Source: Bacteroidia bacterium (GTDB lineage: Bacteria; Bacteroidota; Bacteroidia; NS11-12g; UBA9320). Taken from it: 64,000 nt of DNA. The notes beneath the pieces were generated by a model, which was given only the letters and a program-made list of their open reading frames with translations, had not been told where the DNA came from and made no database searches. Of the stretch, positions 41,307-50,229 are shown one piece after another (within the stretch, counting starts at the first letter, position 1; each line of letters opens with the position of its first letter). The translations under genes and the position numbers were made by a program. Where the stretch lies: the NCBI GenBank assembly GCA_965216465.1, contig CBDCFW010000005.1, forward strand, positions 512,001 through 576,000. The letters run 5' to 3'.

Positions 41307-43159
41307 ACAGAAGAAAAATAGAGTTTAGTGCCAACAATCCAGGTATTAAACGCAATGAGATTGACACTACAGAAACGTTAGAGAATGTTGTTTCATACGT
41401 GAAAGGTAATGCATTTGCAGAGATTACGAAGCTGTATAGAAATGGAAAGGCAGGCAAAGATGAGCTGTTCCCTTACGCTATGTTCTCTGGTCTATTCTCC
41501 GAAAGAAAGGACGAAGCGCTAATTGAGCACTCAGGGCTTATTGCTATTGACATAGACAAGCTAGAAGATGTAGAAGAAGTATTTGATCAGATCTCAAAGG
41601 ATCCGCATACAGTATTCATGTATCGCACCCCTAGTTGGAATGGTTTAAAGGTTATCATCGCAATTGACATTAAAAAGAATACACATCAGGAATACTTCTC
41701 TGCACTTGAGAACTACTTTAAGATACAATTCGACATAGATATAGACAAAAGCTGTAAGAATGTGTCCAGAGCTGCATATCTGTGTTATGACCCTATTTGT
41801 TACGTCAACTATAATGCAGATGTCTTTAGAATTATAAAAAAGAAACCTCTTAAAGTAACTCCTCTATTCAGTCAACAAACCTACCTTGATGTAGAGCAGT
41901 GTATTATCAGTATTGAAGAACTCGAAATTGATCTGACCAGCACCTATGATCGTTGGTTCAAGATTGGTGCGGCGTTGGCCAATACATTTGGAGAAGAAGG
42001 ACGTGAGTTTTTCCAAAGGGTGTCTGCTTTTCATCCAGAATACGATCTCAAGAAATGTGATCAAAAATTCAGCGAGTGCCTAAAGTCCGATAACAGAACG
42101 GTAGGCATAGGTACTTTCTTTCATTACTGCAAAGTCGCTGACGTTCGATATAAAAAGAAGGAGAAGCAACTAGAATCCTTTGAACAACCTGTATTAGGCA
42201 AAGTCATCACGGCCAATCAACGCATTAAGAATGCTAAGTCAATGCCGCCGCTAACGGCCCTATTTGGACCATTCTGGCTCACAAGTCAGATCTGCATCTT
42301 GTTTGGCGATACTGGTTTGGGTAAGAGTAGTCTGATGGTACAGATCGCAGATAACATTAGTAAAGGAAAACGCTCTCTTGTCTTTCTATCTGACCAAGTT
42401 GAAAAGCAGAAAGTCCTGTTCGTTGATTTTGAGCTTTCAGATGCGCAGTTTGCAAGAAGGTATACGGATAGGAAAAACGCCTATGAGTTCAGTGACAACT
42501 TTCTCTTCTTGAACATCGATCTAACAGAGTACTATACTCAATCACACGACAAGTCTGATATTAGCTTTGTTGATTGGCTTTTCAGTTCAATAAAATCTGC
42601 TATCCAAGAAGAGGATGTTAAAGTTCTTATCATCGATAACATTACTTACCTTCATACACACTCAGCACAGGACACACAAGTAGCATTGGATCTTATGCGA
42701 TTGTTGAAGGAAGTAAAGGATGAACTGCAGATATCCATAGCAGTACTTGCTCACCCTCCAAAGCTTAAGCCAAACGAGTCTCTTACACTCAGTCATTTAG
42801 GAGGAAGCAAACACCTATCCAATTTCGCTGACTCAGTGTTTGTCCTTGGCAACAGCAACAATGGGACTAATATCAGGTACCTAAAACACCTTAAATCACG
42901 CGATGCTGAGATGTATTTCGACGCCAGCAATGTGATGACATTAGCACTATCAATGGTAGGCAATATGCTCAAGTTTGAAGTAGAAGGCTTTGCTGAAGAA
43001 TCGGATCACATTTCAGGGACGAAGGCTAAGGAGGACCAAAAGGAAAAGGTACTGGAACTGAAAAAGCAGGGGCTCTCATTGCGTAAGATTGCACAAGAGC
43101 TTGGCATCAGCCATATGAAAGTAAAACGCATCGTTGATCTTGATAAATACAGCAGGTAA
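41303..43159 (+). CDS. Primase-helicase: BT4734/VirE-N-like domain, PriCT-2-like domain, RepA/AAA_25-like ATPase, C-terminal HTH
   Basis: HSGLIAIDID, TPSWNGLKV, DKSCKNVSR; YDRWFKIGAAL; GDTGLGKS, LIIDNIT; GLSLRKIAQELGIS. Confidence 0.85.
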   Translation: MNRRKIEFSANNPGIKRNEIDTTETLENVVSYVKGNAFAEITKLYRNGKAGKDELFPYAMFSGLFSERKDEALIEHSGLIAIDIDKLEDVEEVFDQISKDPHTVFMYRTPSWNGLKVIIAIDIKKNTHQEYFSALENYFKIQFDIDIDKSCKNVSRAAYLCYDPICYVNYNADVFRIIKKKPLKVTPLFSQQTYLDVEQCIISIEELEIDLTSTYDRWFKIGAALANTFGEEGREFFQRVSAFHPEYDLKKCDQKFSECLKSDNRTVGIGTFFHYCKVADVRYKKKEKQLESFEQPVLGKVITANQRIKNAKSMPPLTALFGPFWLTSQICILFGDTGLGKSSLMVQIADNISKGKRSLVFLSDQVEKQKVLFVDFELSDAQFARRYTDRKNAYEFSDNFLFLNIDLTEYYTQSHDKSDISFVDWLFSSIKSAIQEEDVKVLIIDNITYLHTHSAQDTQVALDLMRLLKEVKDELQISIAVLAHPPKLKPNESLTLSHLGGSKHLSNFADSVFVLGNSNNGTNIRYLKHLKSRDAEMYFDASNVMTLALSMVGNMLKFEVEGFAEESDHISGTKAKEDQKEKVLELKKQGLSLRKIAQELGISHMKVKRIVDLDKYSR

Positions 43160-43161
43160 AC

Positions 43162-43390
43162 TGTAACAGCTGTAACAAAATCCAATAATGTTACAGTTTA
43201 ACTCTCACTCAAAAGCTAACTCATTGATTATATTCAATTTAGCTACTTGTGCGAAGTGTAACAAAAACTGTAACAAACGTTGTAACACAGGCTGTAACAC
43301 ACCGAGTTGTTACAAAATTGGAGCATCAAAAGAAGTGGCACAGGTGGCACAAAAGACTATAGAAATTAGGTGGAAGTGGTGGAAGCTGCA
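43162..43390. repeat. Iteron-like cluster, probable replication origin of the element
   Basis: TGTAACA at 43162, 43171, 43257, 43269, 43281, 43293; inverted TGTTACA at 43189 and 43308; GTGGCACA x2 and GGTGGAAG x2 downstream. Confidence 0.75.
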
Positions 43391-43503
43391 CTACGCCCGT
43401 TTGTTCATACTTCAATCTCAAATTCACAATAAAGAGTAGATTTGTAGTACTTCCAGCTACTTTGGAAATTCAAAGTAAATGGAAGAGTAAAATATTGAAG
43501 CGT

Positions 43504-43656
43504 TAGCTTGATCTCTTGTTATCGAAAACTGGTAACTTTCATTAAATCCACAAGAGTGATAGACAGACGCTCACGCTATGGCGTGGGCTGTGTTTATTTG
43601 TGGATTTGGGTATACCAGTACCTCGATAACGGTAAGCTACAGTTCCACGCTTTTTT
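43504..43656 (+). ncRNA. Candidate structured cis-regulatory RNA / leader
   Basis: Five nested complementary segments plus an alternative pairing followed by T6. Confidence 0.55.
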
Positions 43657-43700
43657 GTGTTGACTTTTTTCCTCAGAGGGACTGATGAGGGTAAAACAAC

Positions 43701-44741
43701 ATGAACTCAAAACTCAAATCCTCTATCCTATTAGTCGCACTATTAGTTTCTTCCTGCTCCATTGATTCGACCACTGAATCATCAAGCCCATATTCCGATT
43801 ACCTTCAATACTCAGAGAATCTGGCAAAGAATCTCTCATCTGAAAGAATTGAAACTCGTAACAATCTGATTAACTCACTGGATTCCAATAACACATTTAA
43901 GATGCTATTGTCAGAAGAAAAGGCGGACATCAATAACCTGATTCTAATCGATGCCATTGCCAAAGGAATAAAAACAATCAGCGACCAAGGCTTTACCATT
44001 CCATCAGAGACTCATAACAACATCGCTGCACTTGACGATGGGAAGGGTAAAATTCAATTCGTAGTAAAGGCAATTGGGCTAACACAAGAGGTTCAAGGAG
44101 GTCTAACTCCAGAACTTGTATCTATCTTTGAAAGATACCGAAAGGCATTCGGATACTACGGCGGACCAACCACGCAATACGATGCCAATAAGAACCTGAT
44201 TGGAGAGATAAAGGAGTCATATGATCTGACACCCATTTTTGGTGTCATCGATGGTAAGAACCCAAAAGTAATTGATGCAATAACTCAGGCCAAGATTGAT
44301 GGAATATCTAGCTGGAGTAACGAAGAGGATGCAATCTACTCATACCTATCGGATAGAAAGGCATACAATCAATACTTAGCCGATAATTACCCGAAAAGCA
44401 AGCATTACATTCAATACGACATTGAAATCTCAGCTAAGGAACTCTACGACGCTTACCAAGCTAACGAGGTAGCTGCAGACGAGCGATTCAAGAACAAACG
44501 AGTGCTTGTCTATGGTAAGATATCAGATATTGGTAAAGACATCCTCAATGATCCATATTTATCCCTAGGAGTTGGCTATCTTGAAAGTGTTACCTGCTAT
44601 TTTGATAAGGAGAGCAATTCTCATATTGCGTCTGTAAGTAAAGGACTGAAAATTGAGATAATTGGCACTATCAAAGGATCAGGGATGCTTGGTACTGGGG
44701 TAATTCTGAACAAATGTTCAATTTGGAGCATTAACCACTAG
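43701..44741 (+). CDS. Lipoprotein with C-terminal tRNA_anti-like OB-fold
   Basis: Lipobox LVSSC; ISAKELYDAYQANEVAADERFKNKRVLVYGKISDI. Confidence 0.8.
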   Translation: MNSKLKSSILLVALLVSSCSIDSTTESSSPYSDYLQYSENLAKNLSSERIETRNNLINSLDSNNTFKMLLSEEKADINNLILIDAIAKGIKTISDQGFTIPSETHNNIAALDDGKGKIQFVVKAIGLTQEVQGGLTPELVSIFERYRKAFGYYGGPTTQYDANKNLIGEIKESYDLTPIFGVIDGKNPKVIDAITQAKIDGISSWSNEEDAIYSYLSDRKAYNQYLADNYPKSKHYIQYDIEISAKELYDAYQANEVAADERFKNKRVLVYGKISDIGKDILNDPYLSLGVGYLESVTCYFDKESNSHIASVSKGLKIEIIGTIKGSGMLGTGVILNKCSIWSINH

Positions 44742-44762
44742 CTGCAATAAAAACATTCCTTT

Positions 44763-46139
44763 TCAATTAAACACTTTAGCAAGTTCTGCCGGATAAAAGT
44801 CCTTTACATCTTTCTGCGACATTCTTTTGAAATTAGATTCTCCATTTTCATTTATGCTTGCCTGAAATATAACAAAATCACTGTTGTAGCAGAGCATTGG
44901 ACTGTGAGTTGTAAAAATTATTTGACTAAGAGGATGTTCATCTGGCATTATCATTTTTTCAAGTAGATGCCTCAAGAGTTTGTATTGGTACTTAGGCGAT
45001 AAATTTAATTCCAACTCCTCAATTATTAGCACCTTTGGCCTCGATAATGAAACACGGAAAAGTAAGTAAAACAATTGTTGTATTCCTGTACCGTAAGATT
45101 CAATCGGTAGAATTTTTGAACCTGACACACTATTTTCAAACAGAATATTTATTTCATCTCTGATTTCACCAAATATCATTTCCATGCCCTTAGAAAATGG
45201 TGAATTCTGCTCTGATCGAACCTCAGCAGCATCTCCACCTGGATTAAATGATGACATTTCCTTGATAATACTTTGTAATCTATCGCGAGAAAATGGGTCA
45301 AGTGAAAATCGATGGACCCAACTCTTGAAATTCTTTGGACCAATTGATTCTGAAACATATACATTCTCATACGACTCACTTGTGAAGTACCTGTCGTTAT
45401 CAAGAAATAATACAGAATCATTTAGGAATGAAAGTATACCAGAAAAGACTTGAAACTTGTTCTCATGAATGAAAGGAGTAGTTGCAGTTGCGTCAACAAA
45501 ATATTCCTCACCATCAAATATCAGATGATTATACACTCCTACTTCCGTTAGTTTCATTGTAGCATCAAATTCTCCTAAACTGGTGATTTGTCCTTTAAAC
45601 CTAAACTGAACAGAATCCTTTTCCCCTGATTTGTTTGCATTTGAAATGGATCGATAAAATTCAGACTGCACTTCTGCTTCTTCTGACCCTTGACCGGCAG
45701 CCTTTGCTTCAACATTTAGTTGGTCGGATTGTGCTTTAGCAGCGGCAACTTGCTCATCATTGAAATACAAGCCCTTCATTTCGAGAATGAGTTTTTCATC
45801 AATCTCAACTAGTGTCTTAATTGGAATATCAACCCAAACCTCAAATTCAATTGGTGTTTCACGCTTCATATTGCGAAAAATAAAAGGCGCTCTATCTATT
45901 ATTCCATCCCACCAATCTGTATTGGGAAACTTTTCATTATCATCTTCAAAATCAAACTCTGTTGAGTGAGCTAATTTCTGTTTTTCAAGTTTCCTACTAA
46001 ACAACATCTCAATGAATTTCAACATATTAGATTTCCCACTGTTGTTAAACCCATATAACATGTTGACATTTGAAATCCATTTAATGTCTTGTTCTTTGAT
46101 ACTCTTAAAATTTTTAATTTTGATCCTTCTTATTTTCAT
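44763..46139 (-). CDS. ABC-type (AAA_15/AAA_21-like) ATPase with no fused nuclease
   Basis: IKNFKSI, Walker A GFNNSGKS, signature YGTGIQQ, Walker B LIIEELE, H-loop FTTHSP. Confidence 0.88.
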   Translation of the reverse strand: MKIRRIKIKNFKSIKEQDIKWISNVNMLYGFNNSGKSNMLKFIEMLFSRKLEKQKLAHSTEFDFEDDNEKFPNTDWWDGIIDRAPFIFRNMKRETPIEFEVWVDIPIKTLVEIDEKLILEMKGLYFNDEQVAAAKAQSDQLNVEAKAAGQGSEEAEVQSEFYRSISNANKSGEKDSVQFRFKGQITSLGEFDATMKLTEVGVYNHLIFDGEEYFVDATATTPFIHENKFQVFSGILSFLNDSVLFLDNDRYFTSESYENVYVSESIGPKNFKSWVHRFSLDPFSRDRLQSIIKEMSSFNPGGDAAEVRSEQNSPFSKGMEMIFGEIRDEINILFENSVSGSKILPIESYGTGIQQLFYLLFRVSLSRPKVLIIEELELNLSPKYQYKLLRHLLEKMIMPDEHPLSQIIFTTHSPMLCYNSDFVIFQASINENGESNFKRMSQKDVKDFYPAELAKVFN

Positions 46140-47809
46140 TATATATAGTCTTTATATTGTTCTAAAACATTTCTTGATAAAACCTCAAACTGACTCCGAT
46201 CGATTGTATCATCGGTAAAATGTTTGAGCAAGAATAAATGTAATCTAATAAACACGTCTGTGTGCTTTACTTTCTTGAATAGCGGATAGTTACTGTTAAT
46301 TAATAAATCCCCGTCTACAAGTTTACAGGCAGGATATAGTTCTTGATCATCATCAAAATCCCAATCATCTTTTAAGACCCTATACGATGTTCCATCATGT
46401 TCAATAGTCTTCTCTACATAATGTTTTGATGACTTCTCTAGTGGTTCTTGCCTATTTTTTTTCGTCACATCCTTTTCTTCCTTATCAATCGCATCTGGAC
46501 CAAAATCAAATTCAAAAACTTCTTGTTCAATCTTACGCTCAAGCTCTGCAAGGCGATTCTGTCTTTCCTCTGAACTTGGTGTTTCATCGACAGGTTTAAT
46601 AAAACCTAAATTACTAATTCTTTCTGTCGACAAGTTGCGTTTGTAATCAGCTTCAGCTTCTAATTGATTTGAATGCTTGTTCAAGATGTCAACCATATAC
46701 TCTACCACTTTCTCATAATCTTCGTGATAGACAAAATCATCTCTTGAAACATTTATTAAATCATTTACACCTTCAATAAAGTGAATCTCTCCAGTCAACT
46801 GATGTAACCTCGATCTAGCTCCTCCCCTTTGTATTCCAAGTCCAAATCTTTCCCTTCGCCCTACTCCTGCATTTATGTTTCTTCTTTTTAAATATCTAGC
46901 TTCGTATGGTCGAACCGACTTCTTATCTGTGAGAATAAAATATTGAAACTTGACTCTACCAATTGTTACAATGTCATCTGCGCTAATTACCGGATCTTGA
47001 TGATGATATTGATTCTCTTCGAACCTCCGCTCAACGCCATTAACTTCAAGCAACGTTTTGCCATGTGTTTTCCTTTTGAGCTCCTTCCCGTTCAAAACAA
47101 CTTTGAATGGAAGATTTGGAGAATATTTCTTAACAAGAGAGTCAAATCGTTCATCCTCATATTTTATAGGAAGATCTTCGGTCAATCCCCAAATGAGCTT
47201 GTCCATCCCATCTTCACTGTGAATTGAATATTTTCTCTTCCCAATAGATTTGGATGGACTAAAAAAAGCACTGGTTAATTCTGTAAAACCTTTTAATGTA
47301 ATCCTCGTATAATGTTTGGATTTCAGGCTCACATCCCTGTACGTACCCCCACGGATATCAATCTTATCAATATCAATTGAACGTTCTTCATTGAAATACT
47401 CGTAACATGGAACAGAGGCCTTTACAACCTCTTCCGATCCTCCACATGTGGTTTCGATACTGTAGTTATCAAAAAATGGAAAACTTGACAAGAATCCTAC
47501 ACCGAACTGCCCAATAACAAGTCTTCCAGATCTTGTTTTTGCTCCCTTTTCTCTCGTCTTTCCAGCTATTTTTACAAGAAAATCAAATTCCGCCTCTGTC
47601 ATCCCTTTCCCATTGTCCTCAATCACAACCTCTTGACTATCTAGATTAACGTCTATCGTCACAGACGATGCGTCTGCGTCATATGAATTTGTAATAATCT
47701 CTTTTAGGGCACTGGGAAAATTCTCATATGTAGATTGACTCAAAATCTTTACGATTCTTTTATCAACCGAAATTTGCTTTGGCCAAATATTTTTCTTCAC
47801 CTTACTCAT
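46139..47809 (-). CDS. GHKL (MORC/HATPase_c_3-like) ATPase
   Basis: ALKEIITNSYDADA, IEDNGKGM, GQFGVGFLS, YTRITL; downstream LTGEIHF...SRDDF. Confidence 0.88.
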   Translation of the reverse strand: MSKVKKNIWPKQISVDKRIVKILSQSTYENFPSALKEIITNSYDADASSVTIDVNLDSQEVVIEDNGKGMTEAEFDFLVKIAGKTREKGAKTRSGRLVIGQFGVGFLSSFPFFDNYSIETTCGGSEEVVKASVPCYEYFNEERSIDIDKIDIRGGTYRDVSLKSKHYTRITLKGFTELTSAFFSPSKSIGKRKYSIHSEDGMDKLIWGLTEDLPIKYEDERFDSLVKKYSPNLPFKVVLNGKELKRKTHGKTLLEVNGVERRFEENQYHHQDPVISADDIVTIGRVKFQYFILTDKKSVRPYEARYLKRRNINAGVGRRERFGLGIQRGGARSRLHQLTGEIHFIEGVNDLINVSRDDFVYHEDYEKVVEYMVDILNKHSNQLEAEADYKRNLSTERISNLGFIKPVDETPSSEERQNRLAELERKIEQEVFEFDFGPDAIDKEEKDVTKKNRQEPLEKSSKHYVEKTIEHDGTSYRVLKDDWDFDDDQELYPACKLVDGDLLINSNYPLFKKVKHTDVFIRLHLFLLKHFTDDTIDRSQFEVLSRNVLEQYKDYI

Positions 47810-48900
47810 TGAGCTATTATTAGTACTTCTCTATTCTCTCTGGCATTTCCATTTTGCTTATTAAGCGCATACTTGTAGTGCATACTTTTTACTTGGATAC
47901 TTGTTTTATACTTAGACAACAGTTCAAGTATTTCTTCAATAGATGGAATCCCATTCTTCTTATACGAAATCACAATGGTGCTTTTTTGATAAATGTCGAA
48001 TAGCTTATTAAAGCTATCAAGTACATTCCTTTTCTTAAATGCCGTACTATGGAGTTCCTTTTTGTATCGGAGGTTTTTTGAAGTAAAATCAATCATATCA
48101 CCCCACTGATTGTAATCCATTAATCCTTCCAAAAAGTGATAACAATAAAGATAATCTATGGTATCATGATCACCGTTTATATCCACATATGGAGGATCTA
48201 AATAAACTAAATCATACTCTCCTGAGATAGATAAAGCATCTTGGTTTAATGCCACGCATCTTTCACTGTTATCAAAAACACATCTATTGGCTTCCTCAAT
48301 AAATTTCCTTACTTGATCTTCAAATGTTCTCTCCCAAGTGACTTTGTTGCCAAAATTGCGTTTCACATCGTTCAACCGCATGTAAAGATTTTTTCTATGA
48401 AACAAATTGTATGGCCTTTTCGTCAAACATGCTTGAAACAATCCAAATAAAGCAAGATCAATCTTTACACTACTTTGGGGATCACCTTTAAACACCGACT
48501 GCAGATTATACATAAACTTATCCAACCAAACATTTTCCTCATCTGTGAAGTAGATGTTGTTAAAGTTATCGGCTATAAAGCTGTTCTCCAACTCTATTTC
48601 ATCCAAATTGAGTAAGAGGTCAATCTCTGACGATGACAATTTGACTGAACTATTTTCAATTAGAGCCTTGCCAATGGTTGTATTGAACTTCAATGAATCA
48701 TTGTAAGTCACACTTTTTCCTTTTGTCTTGAATAAGTAACTTACAGCTCCAGTACCCCCAAAAGCATCTAGTACAGTTTGGTAGTCTAGGCCATCAAGCT
48801 GTTCTTCAATCCAATCTAGTATTTTCCTCTTGCTACCTTGATATCGGGTAGAAGGAAAGTACTGAGATGTTATTTTCTTTTCAATTACTTTCATTATCAA
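47806..48900 (-). CDS. N6-adenine DNA methyltransferase (D12/Dam-like)
   Basis: RYQGSKRK, motif I VLDAFGGTGAVS, motif IV DLVYLDPPY. Confidence 0.92.
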   Translation of the reverse strand: MIMKVIEKKITSQYFPSTRYQGSKRKILDWIEEQLDGLDYQTVLDAFGGTGAVSYLFKTKGKSVTYNDSLKFNTTIGKALIENSSVKLSSSEIDLLLNLDEIELENSFIADNFNNIYFTDEENVWLDKFMYNLQSVFKGDPQSSVKIDLALFGLFQACLTKRPYNLFHRKNLYMRLNDVKRNFGNKVTWERTFEDQVRKFIEEANRCVFDNSERCVALNQDALSISGEYDLVYLDPPYVDINGDHDTIDYLYCYHFLEGLMDYNQWGDMIDFTSKNLRYKKELHSTAFKKRNVLDSFNKLFDIYQKSTIVISYKKNGIPSIEEILELLSKYKTSIQVKSMHYKYALNKQNGNARENREVLIIAQ

Positions 48901-49078
48901 CTAGTAGATCTTTGACACTAACTTTTAGCACCTCGGCGATAGCATATAGAACTTCCAATCTAGGTTGAGATTTGTTGTTGCAATAGTTGTTTACAATCAC
49001 CGTGCTTTTGTTAATCTGTTCTGACAACCACGTTTGAGTTCTACCCTGAGCTTTAAGTACTTTCTTAATGCGATTCAT
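48881..49078 (-). CDS. Cro/C1-type HTH regulator (controller-like)
   Basis: 65 aa; NRIKKVL..QGRTQTWLSEQI...QPRLEVLYAIAEVLKV; overlaps the MTase start. Confidence 0.88.
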   Translation of the reverse strand: MNRIKKVLKAQGRTQTWLSEQINKSTVIVNNYCNNKSQPRLEVLYAIAEVLKVSVKDLLVDNESN

Positions 49079-49104
49079 TAATTTATCTTAAACTTATGCT
49101 TTAA

Positions 49105-49129
49105 CAAAAGTAATTGTATTTTATTACTT
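49105..49129 (-). promoter_or_regulatory. -7 promoter element overlapped by an inverted repeat (candidate operator)
   Basis: Minus-strand TACTTTTG at 49105-49112; AAGTAAT-N8-ATTACTT at 49108-49129. Confidence 0.55.
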
Positions 49130-49189
49130 ATTGAACATCTTTTTAACCAAACTGGTAATCTATTCTTCACCTAATTCATTTTACGAATC

Positions 49190-49939
49190 CTAAATATCCT
49201 TCCTACCATACTTATACAATGCGCTGTTGACAAACAAGGCTGGAACCTTTGCACTTTCTGAGACCTTCACAATATGAGTGTGCACCATAGAGCAAGTAGC
49301 ATAGTTATCTAACAACGACCCAGAGTGTTCGTTTAACCAATCTGGATCAAAATCTTCCATAAATTTGTATCCTTCTTTTTTTAACCTTAGAATTCCTTTG
49401 TTAACTTCAAAGCCCGTTGCTAGAACAATGGAATCAATTCCATCAACTTCCCAAAGTCTTTTCTGATCTTCTAGGATAATCTTAAATGGCCCAAGAAATA
49501 AAAAAGGTCCAATACCATTTACAGCCTTTTCTTCTCGGTATTTGTTCAGTTTACTTAAAAGTCTTTGTTGCAATTTATTTATGTCATGAACTGAACAGGT
49601 TCTAAAGTCAGGCATTAGATCTTTTACCCTTCTGTAGAATGACCTATAGCCAATAAGAGCCTCATCTAACTCGTCAGGACCAAATCGTTTGCAGAATCTC
49701 TTTGCCATTGAAGCATCTTTTGCGATTGATCCATCAATAAATCTTGAGGCATATTCAAAAAACTCAAATTCAAATTTCGAGTGTAAAGTCCATCCCAAAG
49801 AAATAGCAGCAGCTATTGGGTAGTAATCACTTTGAATCTCATTAAAGAATGGTCTATTCCTTTCGTAAATTTCTTCGCTAAATAATCTACCATGTTCTGC
49901 AAGGTATGTGGCTATACTAATATCATTTTTATGCTTCAC
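49190..49939 (-). CDS. Hypothetical protein, possible HhH-type DNA glycosylase fold
   Basis: VNGIGP helix-hairpin-helix-like motif; C-terminal VNSALYKYG. Confidence 0.5.
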   Translation of the reverse strand: MKHKNDISIATYLAEHGRLFSEEIYERNRPFFNEIQSDYYPIAAAISLGWTLHSKFEFEFFEYASRFIDGSIAKDASMAKRFCKRFGPDELDEALIGYRSFYRRVKDLMPDFRTCSVHDINKLQQRLLSKLNKYREEKAVNGIGPFLFLGPFKIILEDQKRLWEVDGIDSIVLATGFEVNKGILRLKKEGYKFMEDFDPDWLNEHSGSLLDNYATCSMVHTHIVKVSESAKVPALFVNSALYKYGRKDI

Positions 49940-50229
49940 TATGAAAGCGAAGTTAAGTGAGTGTGCTATCAGAATGCAAGTTCTATTGCTTAGAAAGCAG
50001 TGGAATCACTTCGAAATGAACTGCAATTGATTCTCAGAATAAGGCTTCAACCTTAAAATGATTGGTTTTCAATACGATACTATCACGTGTGACTTTCTAG
50101 GTAATGAAAGTAGAAGCAGTCGTTTAAACCACACATAGGATAAATTGACCAATTACCTAACTTTGAAAGAATATGTGTTTCAGGACCAAAAAGAACAACA
50201 TTTCAACAACGCAAACACCGCCAATTAAG

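Noticed and set aside
43257-43314. Short regular repeats as a possible CRISPR array
   Set aside because: 7-bp repeats with 5-bp gaps, far too short, and no cas genes
43188-43439. 83-aa Cys-rich ORF (CNKNCNKRCNTGCNT)
   Set aside because: The Cys-Asn repeats are simply the translation of the TGTAACA iterons
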